Numbered from the whole stretch's first letter, positions 14,118 to 29,311 are shown. The stretch is DNA of 63,982 nucleotides, filler included, from Octopus bimaculoides (GCF_001194135.2; 5 parts of 5 records of this genome joined end to end with filler, not necessarily neighbours in it), one strand, 5' to 3'. The notes: a model not told the origin generated them from the sequence alone. Numbers and translations are program-made.

Positions 14118-14834
14118 TAACAATGCAATTCATGTATATACTTGTAGTTTCCTTTATAAAGTTCATCCTCGGAAATTAGATACCAAATACAAACTTACAC
14201 CGAAAACAATTATGAAAATACATCTGGAAATTCATGAATGTTCGGAGAGTATATACAAAAAAAAATATATAAGCAAGAGATACTGGCTTAAACAAACACT
14301 CTTTATTACATAATAATACAATAGGTTTATTTTCAGTTTGCCGAAATATGAGAAAGCGACAAGTATATTCAATTTATTACAATACAATCGTGTTATTTCA
14401 GCGATATTGGCGAATGAAGACTGCTGCAGTACGAACACCGAATGTTTGCTAAAATGTTTGTGTAAACCATATTCCACTGAATATATACATTTGCAAATTC
14501 ATCTTTAGATGGATAATAAATAGAAGGATGATATGAAGAAAAAACAAAAACGAATCAGAAGGAACAACAAAAACAATAATATTCAATATTACATATTAAA
14601 TTCTTTAAAGAGATTTCATATGTTTTAGACTTAATCGTTTCGTGAAACAATTTCGACAGCAACCAGCTTTGGGCACTTTGACTTATAGAAAATATCTTAA
14701 TTTTTATAAAAATGAGTTTGTGATGAGATATATATTTTCAGTGGTCTATTATGGAAGTTTTAGATATAGGCAGGAATTCTGTAGATATTATACGCAAGAC
14801 TGCATTACTGCATTGCTTTATGTCGTAGAATGTA

Positions 14835-15698
14835 CGAGGGATTACCCAAATTAACAGGAAACGTTCTCTAGAGGACAAGCCCGTTGCAGTACAGGCTTTC
14901 ACCGCTAGACGTCACTGGATGCGACCCTCATATTTTAGTCTATAGATCGGCGGTGTTCGGTGAAGGCGAAGAGCCACATGGTGCGGTTTTTTCTGGGGTT
15001 TTTTTTTTGTAGTACTTCTCCGCTGTTCGTTGATATTTTGGCGTACTTCCGTAAAATTTTGTTTCCTGCTGGGGAGAACGGCGGTAGACACAGTTGCCAT
15101 GCTTACAAGTACGGTGTCATGAGCAAAACACAAGTTTGCAAGTGGTTTTCACGCTTTAGGAATGGTCGCCTCTCGCTGGAAGACCAACCTTGTTAAGGGC
15201 GATCGTCGACATACCGAACGACTGGCAACAATGAAAGGTCATGAACGGATTTTAGAGGACCGCTTTTTGATATGATTGGTGTGTTCTGGAACTCCTTATC
15301 AACAAGCTTTCAGCGAGGAATAACGAATGAAAATAGCTGCCGCAAAAGCGTGCCTCACTTTCTCATGGAAGATCAAAAGCAGTCTCGACTGAATGCGTGT
15401 CGTGAACTGAATGAACCGTTGGAAGTCGGTCAGCACCTTTTTTCGAAGGTCAACACTGGTGATGAAAGCTGGTGCTACGGAATTTACAGACGTCCAAGTG
15501 GTGAAGAGAAAATCGACGGAGGTATTAAAAAGCATCTCTTAGCAGAAGTTCTAGTACTTATTTGAACAGTGGAAAACCTATCTGGAGAAATATGTTGCTT
15601 TAGATGGAGAACACTGAGAAGGCGATACAAATGTAAACATGTAAAACTTGAATAAAATAATATTGTAAAATGACCCGTTTGTTTTGGATACACCTTCG
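14835..15698 (+). mobile_element. Internally deleted mariner (Tc1/mariner) DNA transposon
   Basis: TA at both flanks (14833-34, 15699-700); imperfect TIRs CGAGGGATTACCCAAA / revcomp CGAAGGTGTATCCAAA; relic peptides VKFCFLLG, WFSRFRNGRLSLEDQP and TGDESW (first catalytic D). Confidence 0.85.
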
Positions 15699-16230
15699 TA
15701 TGTAAAAACTCCCTTAAGCGTAGATCTACTTTTTATACTTGCGGGGATCAAGGCTATGCGATATTTTACTAATACGAGGTATATACATGTATACCAGTTT
15801 CTAATACTCATTAAATCATATTTATTTCATGGGGCTTCAGTATTTAAATAATATAGTGTAAGTGAAATTCCGAAGCCCCGAAAAGAACAAATGTCAATAC
15901 AAATGAATTAATGTAGTAATCTGGAATAAATATATTAATGAAATTATTAAATTCGATTTAATCTATAACATGATTTACATAATCATTATTATTTGTTAAT
16001 CTATTTTTTCCTTTACTCTTCTCCTTCTGCAGCTTACTTTGCTATCCTTCCATCACGCTAACGATTCATACACTCAGAAATATAAAGAACATACAATCGC
16101 CAACACAAATGCACACACACAAAACACAGACACACACGCATATGCTCACGGGTGTGCATATGCTCACGGGTGTGCAGGTACACACTGGCCCCCACGCACA
16201 CGCACAAACACACACAAACACACGTATATA

Positions 16231-16274
<44 letters not shown>

Positions 16275-17400
16275 NNNNNNNNNNNNNNNNNNNNNNNNNN
16301 NNNNNNNNNNNNNNNNNNNNNNNNNNNNNNNNNNNNNNNNNNNNNNNNNNNNNNNNNNNNNNNNNNNNNNNNNNNNNNNNNNNNNNNNNNNNNNNNNNNN
16401 NNNNNNNNNNNNNNNNNNNNNNNNNNNNNNNNNNNNNNNNNNNNNNNNNNNNNNNNNNNNNNNNNNNNNNNNNNNNNNNNNNNNNNNNNNNNNNNNNNNN
16501 NNNNNNNNNNNNNNNNNNNNNNNNNNNNNNNNNNNNNNNNNNNNNNNNNNNNNNNNNNNNNNNNNNNNNNNNNNNNNNNNNNNNNNNNNNNNNNNNNNNN
16601 NNNNNNNNNNNNNNNNNNNNNNNNNNNNNNNNNNNNNNNNNNNNNNNNNNNNNNNNNNNNNNNNNNNNNNNNNNNNNNNNNNNNNNNNNNNNNNNNNNNN
16701 NNNNNNNNNNNNNNNNNNNNNNNNNNNNNNNNNNNNNNNNNNNNNNNNNNNNNNNNNNNNNNNNNNNNNNNNNNNNNNNNNNNNNNNNNNNNNNNNNNNN
16801 NNNNNNNNNNNNNNNNNNNNNNNNNNNNNNNNNNNNNNNNNNNNNNNNNNNNNNNNNNNNNNNNNNNNNNNNNNNNNNNNNNNNNNNNNNNNNNNNNNNN
16901 NNNNNNNNNNNNNNNNNNNNNNNNNNNNNNNNNNNNNNNNNNNNNNNNNNNNNNNNNNNNNNNNNNNNNNNNNNNNNNNNNNNNNNNNNNNNNNNNNNNN
17001 NNNNNNNNNNNNNNNNNNNNNNNNNNNNNNNNNNNNNNNNNNNNNNNNNNNNNNNNNATCGGTCGAGTTGCATTTTTCCTCAAATCCTGTTATTCCTTAA
17101 AAGTTATGTTTAATAATATTACATCACTCGCTAGTCAATTATATTTTAGGTCCATTGTAGGCAGGCTTTTAAGTGAGGCAATGTTAAACAAGATGAGTGT
17201 TCGTAACACAAAATATGTATTTAAGGGTCATGTTTCAATGGTCAAATGTATTTGAAAGCACTCGCTTGCACACACCCACACACACAACACGCACACACAT
17301 ACAAGTCATACACACACACACACACAAAGTCACATAGACACACACACTAAGGCAGACGTATATATGTATGCATGTACTTAAGTCTGCACATATATGTATC

Positions 17401-17621
17401 ATTTCTTTACTACCCACAAGGGGCTACACACAGAGGGGACAAACGAGGAGACACAAACGGATTAAGTCGATGATATCAACCCCAGTGCGTAACTGGTACT
17501 TATTTAATCGACCCCGAAAGGATGACAAGCAAAGTCGACCTCGGCGGAATTTGAACTCAGAACGTAGCGGCAGACGAAATACCGCTAAGCATTTCGCCCG
17601 GCGTGCTAAACGTTTCTGCCA
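17401..17621 (-). mobile_element. SINE-B, tail type 1
   Basis: Minus strand reads TGGCAGAAACGTTTAGCACG (A box)..GAGTTCAAATTCC (B box); tail CCCCTCTGTGTGTAGCCCCTTGTGGG. Confidence 0.9.
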
Positions 17622-17688
17622 TATGTATGTATATGTTTATAAACATGCACGCGTATGAAATGCGTATAAATACATGTGTATATACACA

Positions 17689-17737
<49 letters not shown>

Positions 17738-17929
17738 GTTACTTACACCATATACAAATATTTTATCTTTCGTAATCAATCCATGGAAAAAAAACAGTTT
17801 CCTTGAAAGGGATGGTAAACATCCAATTTTCACTAGTTCTTCAGTTATATATTGGTATACAAGAGAAAAAATCCGAACTTGAAATGGTATAATTTCAATA
17901 TATAAATATTAACGGCAAAAGAGAAATAT

Positions 17930-18410
17930 ATTTAGAAATATTAATATAGGTCGAATGCCTCCGTTGATTAACTCCATTGGCCATTGCTTCTCCCTAGCTA
18001 TGTGACACACGAAACTGTATCCATTATAACTTTCGAAGAGGGGAGGTCATCCGCTTCTCCTTGCTGGTCTGGCATCTACAGACTAGTTTCAGGGTATTTG
18101 CCCCTTATCAATGTAGGGCAGCCGAATCCAGCAGACGTCGCTACTGACCGTCTGTTCGAAGGATTATTTACCTAAATTCAGTGGAATATATCCAATGGTT
18201 TTCAAAAATAGAAATATTAATATTTCTAAGTCTCTCTAAAGGAGATTACGGCAGTGGTAGCGGATATTAATAGTTATCGCCAGGTTAACATTGCAGTCCA
18301 GGAAATAGGACGAATGCTGCCGTTGATTAGCTGTGTGTCCATTATAACCTTCGAACACGGGAGATCAGCCGCTTCCCCTTTCTGGCATCTACAGACAAGT
18401 TTCTTGACGT
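17930..18410 (+). repeat. Two decayed copies related to the MITE at 19357-19717
   Basis: gtgacacacgaaactgtatcc..ggcatctacagactagtttcag (18002-18090) and gtgtccattataacc..ggcatctacagacaag (18335-18400) align with the left half of the MITE. Confidence 0.55.
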
Positions 18411-19356
18411 ATTAAAAAAATGACATTATAATATAATTATACTATGAAAATGTATAATGTACTATTACAACTAATTATAAAAAAATATATATCCTACGAT
18501 TTTTTCGACTCATATCCACAACTGAATTTATAAAAAATTCACATTTATGCATATGAGTCGTATCAGGGTTATATTTTTCTAAAAAATAGACAAAATTTAA
18601 TGCAAACTTTCATAAAGTAGACTGATTTAAAATACACCTATGTTTAGAAGCTTCAGGGTTAATAATGTAAAAATATAATAAATATGATAAAAGCAAAACC
18701 AAAATTCAAGTACATAAAATAAATTGAATGAACAAGGTAATTACAACGTCATAAAATATTATGTGATTTTAATAATATTAATATGAAGATACTTTATCTA
18801 AAATAACCTCTGCCCATTTTTATTATGTAACAACATCTATATAATATGTTAAGAATTTATGGTGGAATAGGAAATATAATGTATTTCAAATTTCTATATA
18901 ATATTATGAAAAAATAAATAAGGACATATTTTGTTCAAACACTAATTTCAATAAAAACAATGTTAATCATGGATTGATTAATTCAAATGTTTCTACTAAA
19001 TTCGCCGATGTTAAACAAATATATAAAATTATGATTATCATGAACTATATTATTTTTCACATAAAATTGATATGGTATATATATAAATAATGTATCAGAA
19101 TTTTAACTAGTTTTACCCAAGGAAATAAATTAGAGTAAGCCAATAGTTTTCTTCTTCTATAATTTTTATGTGCATAAGAATTCGAAAGAACATAATGTGA
19201 TGATATATAATATATATTATAGGGTTTACAAGAAATATCCATATATGCATAATTATTAAAAAACATATATCATTATTAGAAAAATTGCATTTCTAAATCT
19301 CTCAGAGAGACTTATACAGTGGCATCTCTATAAAGTGGTAGTTTGTTGCCAATTTA

Positions 19357-19717
19357 ATGTGGCGGTCCCAAGAGTGGGAAGAATGATATTGCTATTTAGC
19401 CCCAGGAAACACCGATTCCAGTTGGCTACGTGACACAAGCGTTCTGTGTCCAAAAGTTTTCAAACAGGGGCGATAAGCATCTCCACCCAACAAAGGCAGC
19501 ATCTAGAGACTAGCTTCAGAGTTATTGCTGTTCATCAGTCTGGAGCAGCTTGGCTTGCTTGCTGTCGATGCTTACTGGCTTTGCTGTGTGGGAATGTTTA
19601 TCTCTCCTCTTTGAAAACTTAAGGACACAGAACACTTGTGTCACGTAGTCAACTGGAAACGGTATTTCCTGGGGCTAAATAGCAGTAACATCCTTCCCTT
19701 TCCCAGGACCGCCACAT
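19357..19717. mobile_element. MITE with ~120-bp terminal inverted repeats
   Basis: ATGTGGCGGTCC...GGACCGCCACAT ends; gctatttagccccaggaaa, ccagttg.ctacgtgacacaag and ttctgtgtcc occur inverted in the right arm. TSD not resolved. Confidence 0.85.
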
Positions 19718-20115
19718 ACATAATTTATTGTGATATTTATATATTTATATATTTATATTTATGTATGTATGCATGCATGCATGTATGTGTGTATGTAAGA
19801 ACTATGGCAGTCAAGGTGCGTAGCATTCGATAAAGAAATAAAATAAAAAATCACTTTGTATTCAGGACATCACCAAAAAGTGAAAGTCAGTTAAACACGC
19901 GAGAGACAAGTATAGGTCAAGATACCAAAAACATACACATTGTATGCAAGACATTGACAACGAGTGAAAAATACGTAACACACAAGAGGAAAGTACAAGA
20001 TGAAATACAAAAAAGAAGATAACTTCTCATCAATTATCAGACTGTTTATTACTCCTTTATGGTGCTTATCTATTTTTCACTCATTGGTGTTATCTTGTAC
20101 ACAATGTGCATTTTT

Positions 20116-20146
<31 letters not shown>

Positions 20147-20701
20147 NNNNNNNNNNNNNNNNNNNNNNNNNNNNNNNNNNNNNNNNNNNNNNNNNNNNNN
20201 NNNNNNNNNNNNNNNNNNNNNNNNNNNNNNNNNNNNNNNNNNNNNNCACATCAAGAATCTTGCACACGAAATACACATACGAAATATACATACATACATA
20301 TGTCACAAATCTTCATCTATCTGAACATCGATTATGAAAACGAAAACAGGTTTCTTTCACCTGTCCTGTGAGTTAAAATGGAATATGTGACCTCCTGAAG
20401 ATGTGAGATTTGAAAATATTGTTTTATGCTAGCGACTGTACTCCTTCATGGAGTATAGGAATACTATTAATGGTATTTTGTTTTTATCATTTTCTTGGAA
20501 TAAGTTCTACGACACCAAATATTTTGCAAATATATCAAATGTATTGAGAATAATAAACATCTTATTCGCACACTAGGTGAATTCTTACTGTTATCTTGCT
20601 AGTTTTATATGCATGATTTATACTGCTCAAATCTCAGTGTTATCTTACATTGCTACTATAACTATTACATCAATGCCAATACATACATACATACATTCAT
20701 G

Positions 20702-20741
<40 letters not shown>

Positions 20742-21997
20742 NNNNNNNNNNNNNNNNNNNNNNNNNNNNNNNNNNNNNNNNNNNNNNNNNNNNNNNNNNN
20801 NNNNNNNNNNNNNNNNNNNNNNNNNNNNNNNNNNNNNNNNNNNNNNNNNNNNNNNNNNNNNNNNNNNNNNNNNNNNNNNNNNNNNNNNNNNNNNNNNNNN
20901 NNNNNNNNNNNNNNNNNNNNNNNNNNNNNNNNNNNNNNNNNNNNNNNNNNNNNNNNNNNNNNNNNNNNNNNNNNNNNNNNNNNNNNNNNNNNNNNNNNNN
21001 NNNNNNNNNNNNNNNNNNNNNNNNNNNNNNNNNNNNNNNNNNNNNNNNNTTCCAAATATATGAACGAGTTAATCGATCAATTATTCATTAATATTCATAA
21101 AGAAATTCCCCTCGCGTTTATCATCAGTTTAGAAAACAAAATTTCACATACAGTACAACATTGCATTGTATCTTCATTTGTATACGCATACACAGTACTG
21201 ATTTGGTGAGGTAAAATGCTTTGTCTCAGCTTCCGATTTATAGGTTAAAGCTTCTAAAAACAGTAGCATTATATTTTAATATGTAAGAAATCAAAAATGA
21301 AATGCTACACATTTACAAGAATAGAAGCTCCGAGCATAATATGGCGTCATCTAATTGTACAAATGATATTCGTAACATATTGTGTTCATTTTCATGCTTG
21401 GGAAGATACAATAAGGGCCGCTTGCCGTTGTTGGAGTGGCTTATAAAGATGCAAATTCCTTTCAAATATCGTTAAACCTAATTTATTCATCTTGTATTTA
21501 ATAGCATCTTCTTACATGAACATTATTGGAAAACGTGGAATGGCCATTGTTATAATCAGTGCTAACCTAGAGTAAAGAAAAGAAAATTTACATATGATTC
21601 CTTTAAAGAAATAAAAATGAAGTAAAACGAAAGAGTAATATTAAACATTAAGAAAATTACTGTGACTGAATATAATATTTATCGTAATACATCATTCGTT
21701 TAGGTACGTTAACGTTATTGATGTTATTCTGTACTGCTGCAAGATTTCCGGCCGCAACATCTCCCATCCTTACCAGATTGCGGTTTAGTTATTGGGGGAA
21801 TAACGCAAGTAATCTGAATACACACACTACGTTGGCCTCTAGCAGACATATACAGAAAAATTGTAATTTTCATGAAACCAACTGGTAATAAATTGATGAT
21901 ACCTCCACAAGAAAATAGGTGTTATTACCTTCAAGAGGATCTTCAATTCCTTACTCCATATTCTATGTTCGTCATTCATATAGCAGTACGATCTTAC

Positions 21998-22101
21998 CAA
22001 ATGCATTAAAAAAGTACCAATATTTATTTTCAAGTGCTTCATAGCGAAATATTTCGTAATAATTGTAGGCACACCATGCAAGCTCTTGCGCGGTAGGAAG
22101 T
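21998..22101 (-). CDS. Possible coding exon or relic (LPTAQELAWCAYNYYEIFRYEALENKYWYFFNAF)
   Basis: G|GTAAGA donor, weak acceptor, stop-free protein-like frame; no recognised homology. Confidence 0.15.
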
Positions 22102-23371
22102 CTTTCGGATTACAAGATACATTGGTATCAATGTTCTTGAAGTGATTGATATGAATGAGTCGTGCGTCACACGTGCAACATATTGATAGAGGTTTCTTTA
22201 TCCTTCAATTCCTATGCACTCAACTTTCCATTTTGTGGAGAGAAACTGGCTTTCACTGTAGCACCCCTAAGGGATATAAATCTCCGAAACATCGTTTGTG
22301 AGCAACAACATATGCACACACGCTCACACACAAACCCACACACGTACAAATACACATACACGAATATGCATGTGTGTGTTTGAATGTATATATAGATGTA
22401 AATATGCGTATGTGATATTCTGATATCTAAAATTAATTTTGGAATTGGTATTAATATTTTATCCATTTCAGAATATTCATTCCTGAAATAGTCCATCTAT
22501 TTCCAAATGTTTTACATAACAACTTGTATAACAAAATACAAACATTTGAACAGAGAATTTATAGCAGCTGTATGACATGATGCAATTTCTCTCAATGTTA
22601 CCATACTTATTTTTGTACCCAATAATTGCTAATAAATTATTGGTAAGAAATTCTTTCGAATATATTCTCTAATTAGAAATGCGAGAAAATATTACAGAAT
22701 TAAAAGCAAAAACTGAATATTTATCTGGTTTAGTCAGCATGACGGTGTTCAATCAATAATACTGCGTTCGGTTAAACCTGATGATATTGTTGTTGTATAT
22801 GCACAGCTCAAACATCACTCAGTAGATATCTAGTTACTATAGAATTCACGCTACTTAGAATATGTATTTGGTGACCTTTTTAAAGGGGTTTGAAGCAATA
22901 ATATGCAGTGTAAAAAGAGAAGTAGACAGATGTCTATTGTGGTGAATTTATAAGAGATACAGACCCAGAAACGTTTCTGAGATCTAACATCAAATTATCA
23001 GAACAAAAATTGTATACATACATACATTTCCAATATCAGAAGTTAAATATGCATACATGAAGAGGGGTTGTATACATACAAGCAAAGTGTCATACAAGAC
23101 TTTACGTTAAACCCAATAAACTTAACAGGAATATCGGTAAAGAAATTAGTCTATGCTGAACTAAAATCCGGAGCGTTAACTCACAGAGGATATGCTTTAG
23201 CAATACAGAAACAGGAAATAAAATAATACTTGATGCACTAAACTGATGCACATGACTGTAAACTCGTAGATAAGTGAATATATGCAGGCCCTCTAGAAGA
23301 TACAGTGTAGACTTCAACTCCATAGTAATTAGACCATGGTGCGAAATATATATAACACTAATCACGATAAA

Positions 23372-23591
23372 AATTTCTTTTCCACTCTAGGCACAAATCT
23401 CAAACTTTGGGGGATTGTGGGGGGACAGTCGATTAGATCGACTCAATACGCAACTGGTAATTAATTTGTCCACTGCGAAAGGATGAAAGCCAAGTCGACC
23501 TCGGTGGAATTTGAACTCAGAACGTAAAGACAGACGAAATACCGCCAAATATTTTACCCGGCGTGCTAACTTTTCTGCCAGCTCGCCGCTT
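23372..23591 (-). mobile_element. SINE-B, tail type 2
   Basis: Same head and body as 17401-17621, with a different 3' tail (..cccccaaagtttgagatttgtgcctagag). Confidence 0.88.
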
Positions 23592-24948
23592 TAAGACCAC
23601 TATAAAATAATGATATTGATTATATAAATGTAGGAAGATACACAGAAGATGAAGGAATAACTGCTTGTAATATGAGAGCATACTTGTGAACAGTCACTGT
23701 CAAAATATTCCGATACACCAATCCAAAAATGTGGCCATAATGATGAGAAAGAAAACTTCTAATCAGCAGAAAACAATTACAAGCTATGAATGGTACTGGA
23801 AATATAGGTAAAAATATTCAAAATTTCAGTAAAAAAATACTCAATACCATGCCTCCACGCTCCAGAACACGTATATATACATATGCATATGCATCCATAC
23901 ATCCATACATGAATCCATCCATACATACATGCATATATATATACAGGTATATTTATATTCATGTGTATAGTAGTGAGTGTATGTTTGCGTGTGTTTGTAT
24001 GTGTGTGTTTGTGTGTGTATATGTGCGCATAAACATTTGAATACATTATATATAAACAGACACATATATAAACCATATGCACGTCTACTTAAATATTCAT
24101 TGACTTCCGGCAGTATTTCAAATAATAATTCACTTAGAATCCTGTGGTGTAATCTTATTTGTCTAAGGAATTTTTATTTTCCGTAAGTAGTCAAATACCA
24201 TAATCCGCTTGATCTTAAAGAATCAAATCTTATCTTTGGCAACGACCCAAATCTTTCCTTAGCTGACCATGCGTCGAACTTCTAATTCCCCTACCACAAA
24301 CTTCAGAAACGAAATTTTGACAGACAAATTGAGAGATAATAACTCAGTTTGATATGAAAATCGCTGAATACAATTCCTTAATAAATATGTTGTCATTAGT
24401 TGACATCGATTAGGCTTGGCTATAGAATAAGTAAGTGTGAGAGATTGGAAGTCAATCGTGTTCATAACTATGATGCATAATTTACTCAGACTTCTGATTA
24501 TCATATGTACTAAGTATTGATGAAAGTCTTCTATTACAATCGTAGCGACCACCAAAATACGAAAACGGTTACTCTTACCCCAAATTCACAGCAATTTTCC
24601 CTATTTATTCGTTATTCTCATTCCGGCACTGCTCATTTCTCGTTATTGAACATGTGACTGTAATTGACCCCAATACATTTTTCTTGCTCGTTTTCAGCAT
24701 TGGTATGCAAAAGCCCAGTACGAACACTATCCGTGTTGATCTCATACACCCAGTGAGCGAAATGGACATAGTCCTTTACACAAGTGGAACGGAACGAATA
24801 AATCATAGTTGATTATATGCTTGCTGTTAGTATTGCTCGTTAGAATCATGTCAATGACGATCGAACATTCGTAATCATAAGCATTCATGCTATTACCAAG
24901 CAATTCTGTTAAAGTAACAAAGAATAAACTGTACTACACACGCACAAA

Positions 24949-24986
<38 letters not shown>

Positions 24987-27187
24987 NNNNNNNNNNGGGA
25001 AGTTCGCTGGATTTAACTGTTAGGTCTTTTGAGCATAGGTTTTGTCGATGGACTGTTTTCGATACCGTTTCTGTAGTGAACGGATTTTAAACATATTCGG
25101 AAATCTATACAGTGTTATGTTTTGCATAAACTTTTCTATACATCATTTTAATTCTTTTGAGAGATATATGAAAATGGAGTAATTTCTGATTATTGCGATA
25201 TGACTATCTTTTATAGAACGCGTACTTAGTGAATGAGAAACGTTTCATTGATGATATTGTTATGCAGTTTCATTCTGGGCTAGCATGAGCTATTTTGCCG
25301 AGCGAAATTACGCAATATTAGCTTTTACATTAAATTACATAATTAGTGACTAACACATGATGAATAAGTAACGCGTGTAACGCATTTCGGTGGTATTTCT
25401 GATATACCATATATATAAATATATATACAAACCTACATATACGCACAATTCCAAATATATGGATAAATATATGTATTTAAAGGAATATATATGTGCGTGT
25501 GTGCAGGTGTACGGATAATGCATATCTTGTATATATATATATATGTATGTATGTATGCATATAAATATGCAAATATAACAGCGCATATGCTCATATGTAT
25601 GCGTTCATCCGTGTGTCTGTATGCAAGCATGAATGTAGTTTTCAGTCTATGCATTAACTATATGTACCATAACGGGTATAACGACGAAAATCAGGCATAA
25701 TTTTAGTTCATTTATTACAATGAAACAAAATCAATCAATAACCAGTGACAGGTAACTATACTGGAATTTATGTTTACGAATCGATGGCAGATACCTAATG
25801 TAAAAGTATATCAAATTGATCGGTATTCATATATATGCATATATACGTAAATATATTTATGCATACAGAGAAACATATATGCAAGCACAGACACACGCAC
25901 TGATGATACGTTTATGTGTATCGGTTTGTGAGCGAGTACATGCATATTCATACATATACACGCATGTATATATATATATATATATATATATATNNNNNNN
26001 NNNNNNNNNNNNNNNNNNNNNNNNNNNNNNNNNNNNNNNNNNNNNNNNNNNNNNNNNNNNNNNNNNNNNNNNNNNNNNNNNNNNNNNNNNNNNNNNNNNN
26101 NNNNNNNNNNNNNNNNNNNNNNNNNNNNNNNNNNNNNNNNNNNNNNNNNNNNNNNNNNNNNNNNNNNNNNNNNNNNNNNNNNNNNNNNNNNNNNNNNNNN
26201 NNNNNNNNNNNNNNNNNNNNNNNNNNNNNNNNNNNNNNNNNNNNNNNNNNNNNNNNNNNNNNNNNNNNNNNNNNNNNNNNNNNNNNNNNNNNNNNNNNNN
26301 NNNNNNNNNNNNATACATATATATATATATACATACATATACGTTAACGCTCGGATATATACATGTGAATATATGTGTGAATGTGTATATATTTACACAC
26401 ATTTATTATAAATAGGTAGGCTGAGATAGAACTATTGTTCAAGGGAAGTAGATGTGAATATGCTATTATAGAGCTACACGATTTCTAGTTGTAATAAGCC
26501 CTTATTGTAAAACATTAAAATGTGTCTAGTAGTTTTTGCTAACACACTTAAGCCACTTACTAGCTAAATGCTGTTAATTCGAGTTGGATAAATTACATGA
26601 TATTTCCTTCCAACGATACATTTGGCCGTACACGTAGATATAACGTAATATAAAACATACGAGAATATAGATATTATAGACCAAACATAAATGTCACCGT
26701 TGCTATATATTACTCCGGTATAATTGTATGACTTCGAATGCGTTATTTCATGTATTTCATTCGATTGTAAATTGAGAACAATCTCCACTTCTATACAAGT
26801 ATCTGTGAAAGCAAAATATATTAAGTAATACTAATTGTGTTCATTTATGTCTTTTCTCAAAATTTATTTCAGCACCAATGTCCCTGCATAGACATCCGTA
26901 ATAAATTGTGTAGTTTATTGCCTTTAGTGTTCAGACACCAACGATTAATAGTCTGAACGAATACCATAATATTTCTTGTCCTGTGCTCTTGGATGTCGAT
27001 GATAATCATTGTTGCTGATAAGTTAAGGAGCCACTCCTTATTTCCTCCAGTCTTGCTGTATTTTTTAACGTTCTGTCACATTTCATTACTCTGAATATTA
27101 CATCACGTATGTGTATATATGTATACATGTATGTGCGTGTGTGTGTTGTGTGTATGGTCATGTGTTGATGCGTGCGTGGGTGTGCGT

Positions 27188-27250
<63 letters not shown>

Positions 27251-29193
27251 TAGTGGATTTTCATCGATGAGTTCTTGAAACTTGGTTATTTNNNNNNNNN
27301 NNNNNNNNNNNNNNNNNNNNNNNNNNNNNNNNNNNNNNNNNNNNNNNNNNNNNNNNNNNNNNNNNNNNNNNNNNNNNNNNNNNNNNNNNNNNNNNNNNNN
27401 NNNNNNNNNNNNNNNNNNNNNNNNNNNNNNNNNNNNNNNNNNNNNNNNNNNNNNNNNNNNNNNNNNNNNNNNNNNNNNNNNNNNNNNNNNNNNNNNNNNN
27501 NNNNNNNNNNNNNNNNNNNNNNNNNNNNNNNNNNNNNNNNNNNNNNNNNNNNNNNNNNNNNNNNNNNNTATATATATATATATATATATATATATGCATA
27601 TGCACACATGTATAAATGCATATATACTCACGCATAATATGCGTATGTGTGCATGCGTTTCTAGATTTTGTGTGTGCGTATGCGTATGTATACGTGCGTA
27701 AGCGAAAGAATATTCTGCAAGTTACATCGTTATTGCCAAAAGAACATTAATATCATTATTTCCTTCAGATATTCTTTTGGTAACCAGAAAGCTTTTGTAC
27801 ACTCTATAATTATAGAATTGTAGCCATGAGAAAAGAAAATTGTTATTATTCCCCTTCCCATAATGCATTATTGACCATTCCCAATCTGACCAAGCGCAGA
27901 TTATATCAACGCTCAGTTTCTTTGACACACGGCATGTCAAAATAGTTTCCTTTTAATATAATATTGCATGACTGAAAAGAATTCAATGAATTTCGTCTTG
28001 CAATGACAATTTCTTCAAAGGATTTCTACAGTACATTTTAATGCAGACCATTGTGCGTTGTAACTCTATTTTCATCAATATTAGAATCTCGGGCTACTCT
28101 CTGAGGAAATGTGCTTTACGTAGCTACGTTAATATAAACATTAAAGGCAATAAATGCATGAATAACGTCACTTGTAATTACAATGACAACTTTATATCAA
28201 GAAACCTCAGAAACTGTTTCTACAACAATGTAAACTGCCCACAAAGCTCCCTGTATAACTGAAAGACCTACTATTACAATAATTATACGCTACGTATTAT
28301 ATTCCCATTTTTACACATTTTTCTTTGCCTTTATATTTTTTCCTCTTTTATACGCTCTCAAAGGAACAACGTTACTAGTTAATACCTTAATGATTCGTGA
28401 GCTAACACAAAATGTGTTCCCTAATCCGTCTCTAGGAACAATAATATTCATCCATTTACCTTTTTGATTTCATTATGAATTTTTTTTTTTAGTTTGTAGG
28501 CTTCCACGATATTGCCCAAAGCTTGTGAACATCCATATTTATATTGTGCCAGCCCTATATACCCAAAGGTGTAATACGACGAATGTCGAGGAAAGAATGA
28601 TAGGAAATGTCATAAAATTCAATCGTTGCGTTCGCTTGTTTGTTTCTATTATTTATCTTACGTATTACAGTGACTAATCAAATGTAAAATATTGTTCACG
28701 GACATTTTACGGATTATTTGTGTTTATTTCTCCATACATGCTCACACATAATCATACACACACACACGTACACACACGTACACATATATACACAAAGAGC
28801 CATACATCTTTCTATTTATCAATATATNNNNNNNNNNNNNNNNNNNNNNNNNNNNNNNNNNNNNNNNNNNNNNNNNNNNNNNNNNNNNNNNNNNNNNNNN
28901 NNNNNNNNNNNNNNNNNNNNNNNNNNNNNNNNNNNNNNNNNNNNNNNNNNNNNNNNNNNNNNNNNNNNNNNNNNNNNNNNNNNNNNNNNNNNNNNNNNNN
29001 NNNNNNNNNNNNNNNNNNNNNNNNNNNNNNNNNNNNNNNNNNNNNNNNNNNNNNNNNNNNNNNNNNNNNNNNNNNNNNNNNNNNNNNNNNNNNNNNNNNA
29101 AGTACATATGTATAGATATGTATACATATATGCATATATACATACATATATACATATATATATACATACATACATATACATACACACACAAAG

Positions 29194-29311
<118 letters not shown>

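Noticed and set aside
18782-19217. Frame interrupted only by TAA stops, suggesting a TAA=Gln genetic code contaminant
   Set aside because: TAA dominance is expected at this AT content, and the peptide has no recognisable motif.
23640-23716. GATGA-A-GGAATA...TATTCC-GATAC hammerhead-like remnant; similar trace at 6258-6290
   Set aside because: Both halves of the core are mutated and there is no convincing stem I; too decayed to call.
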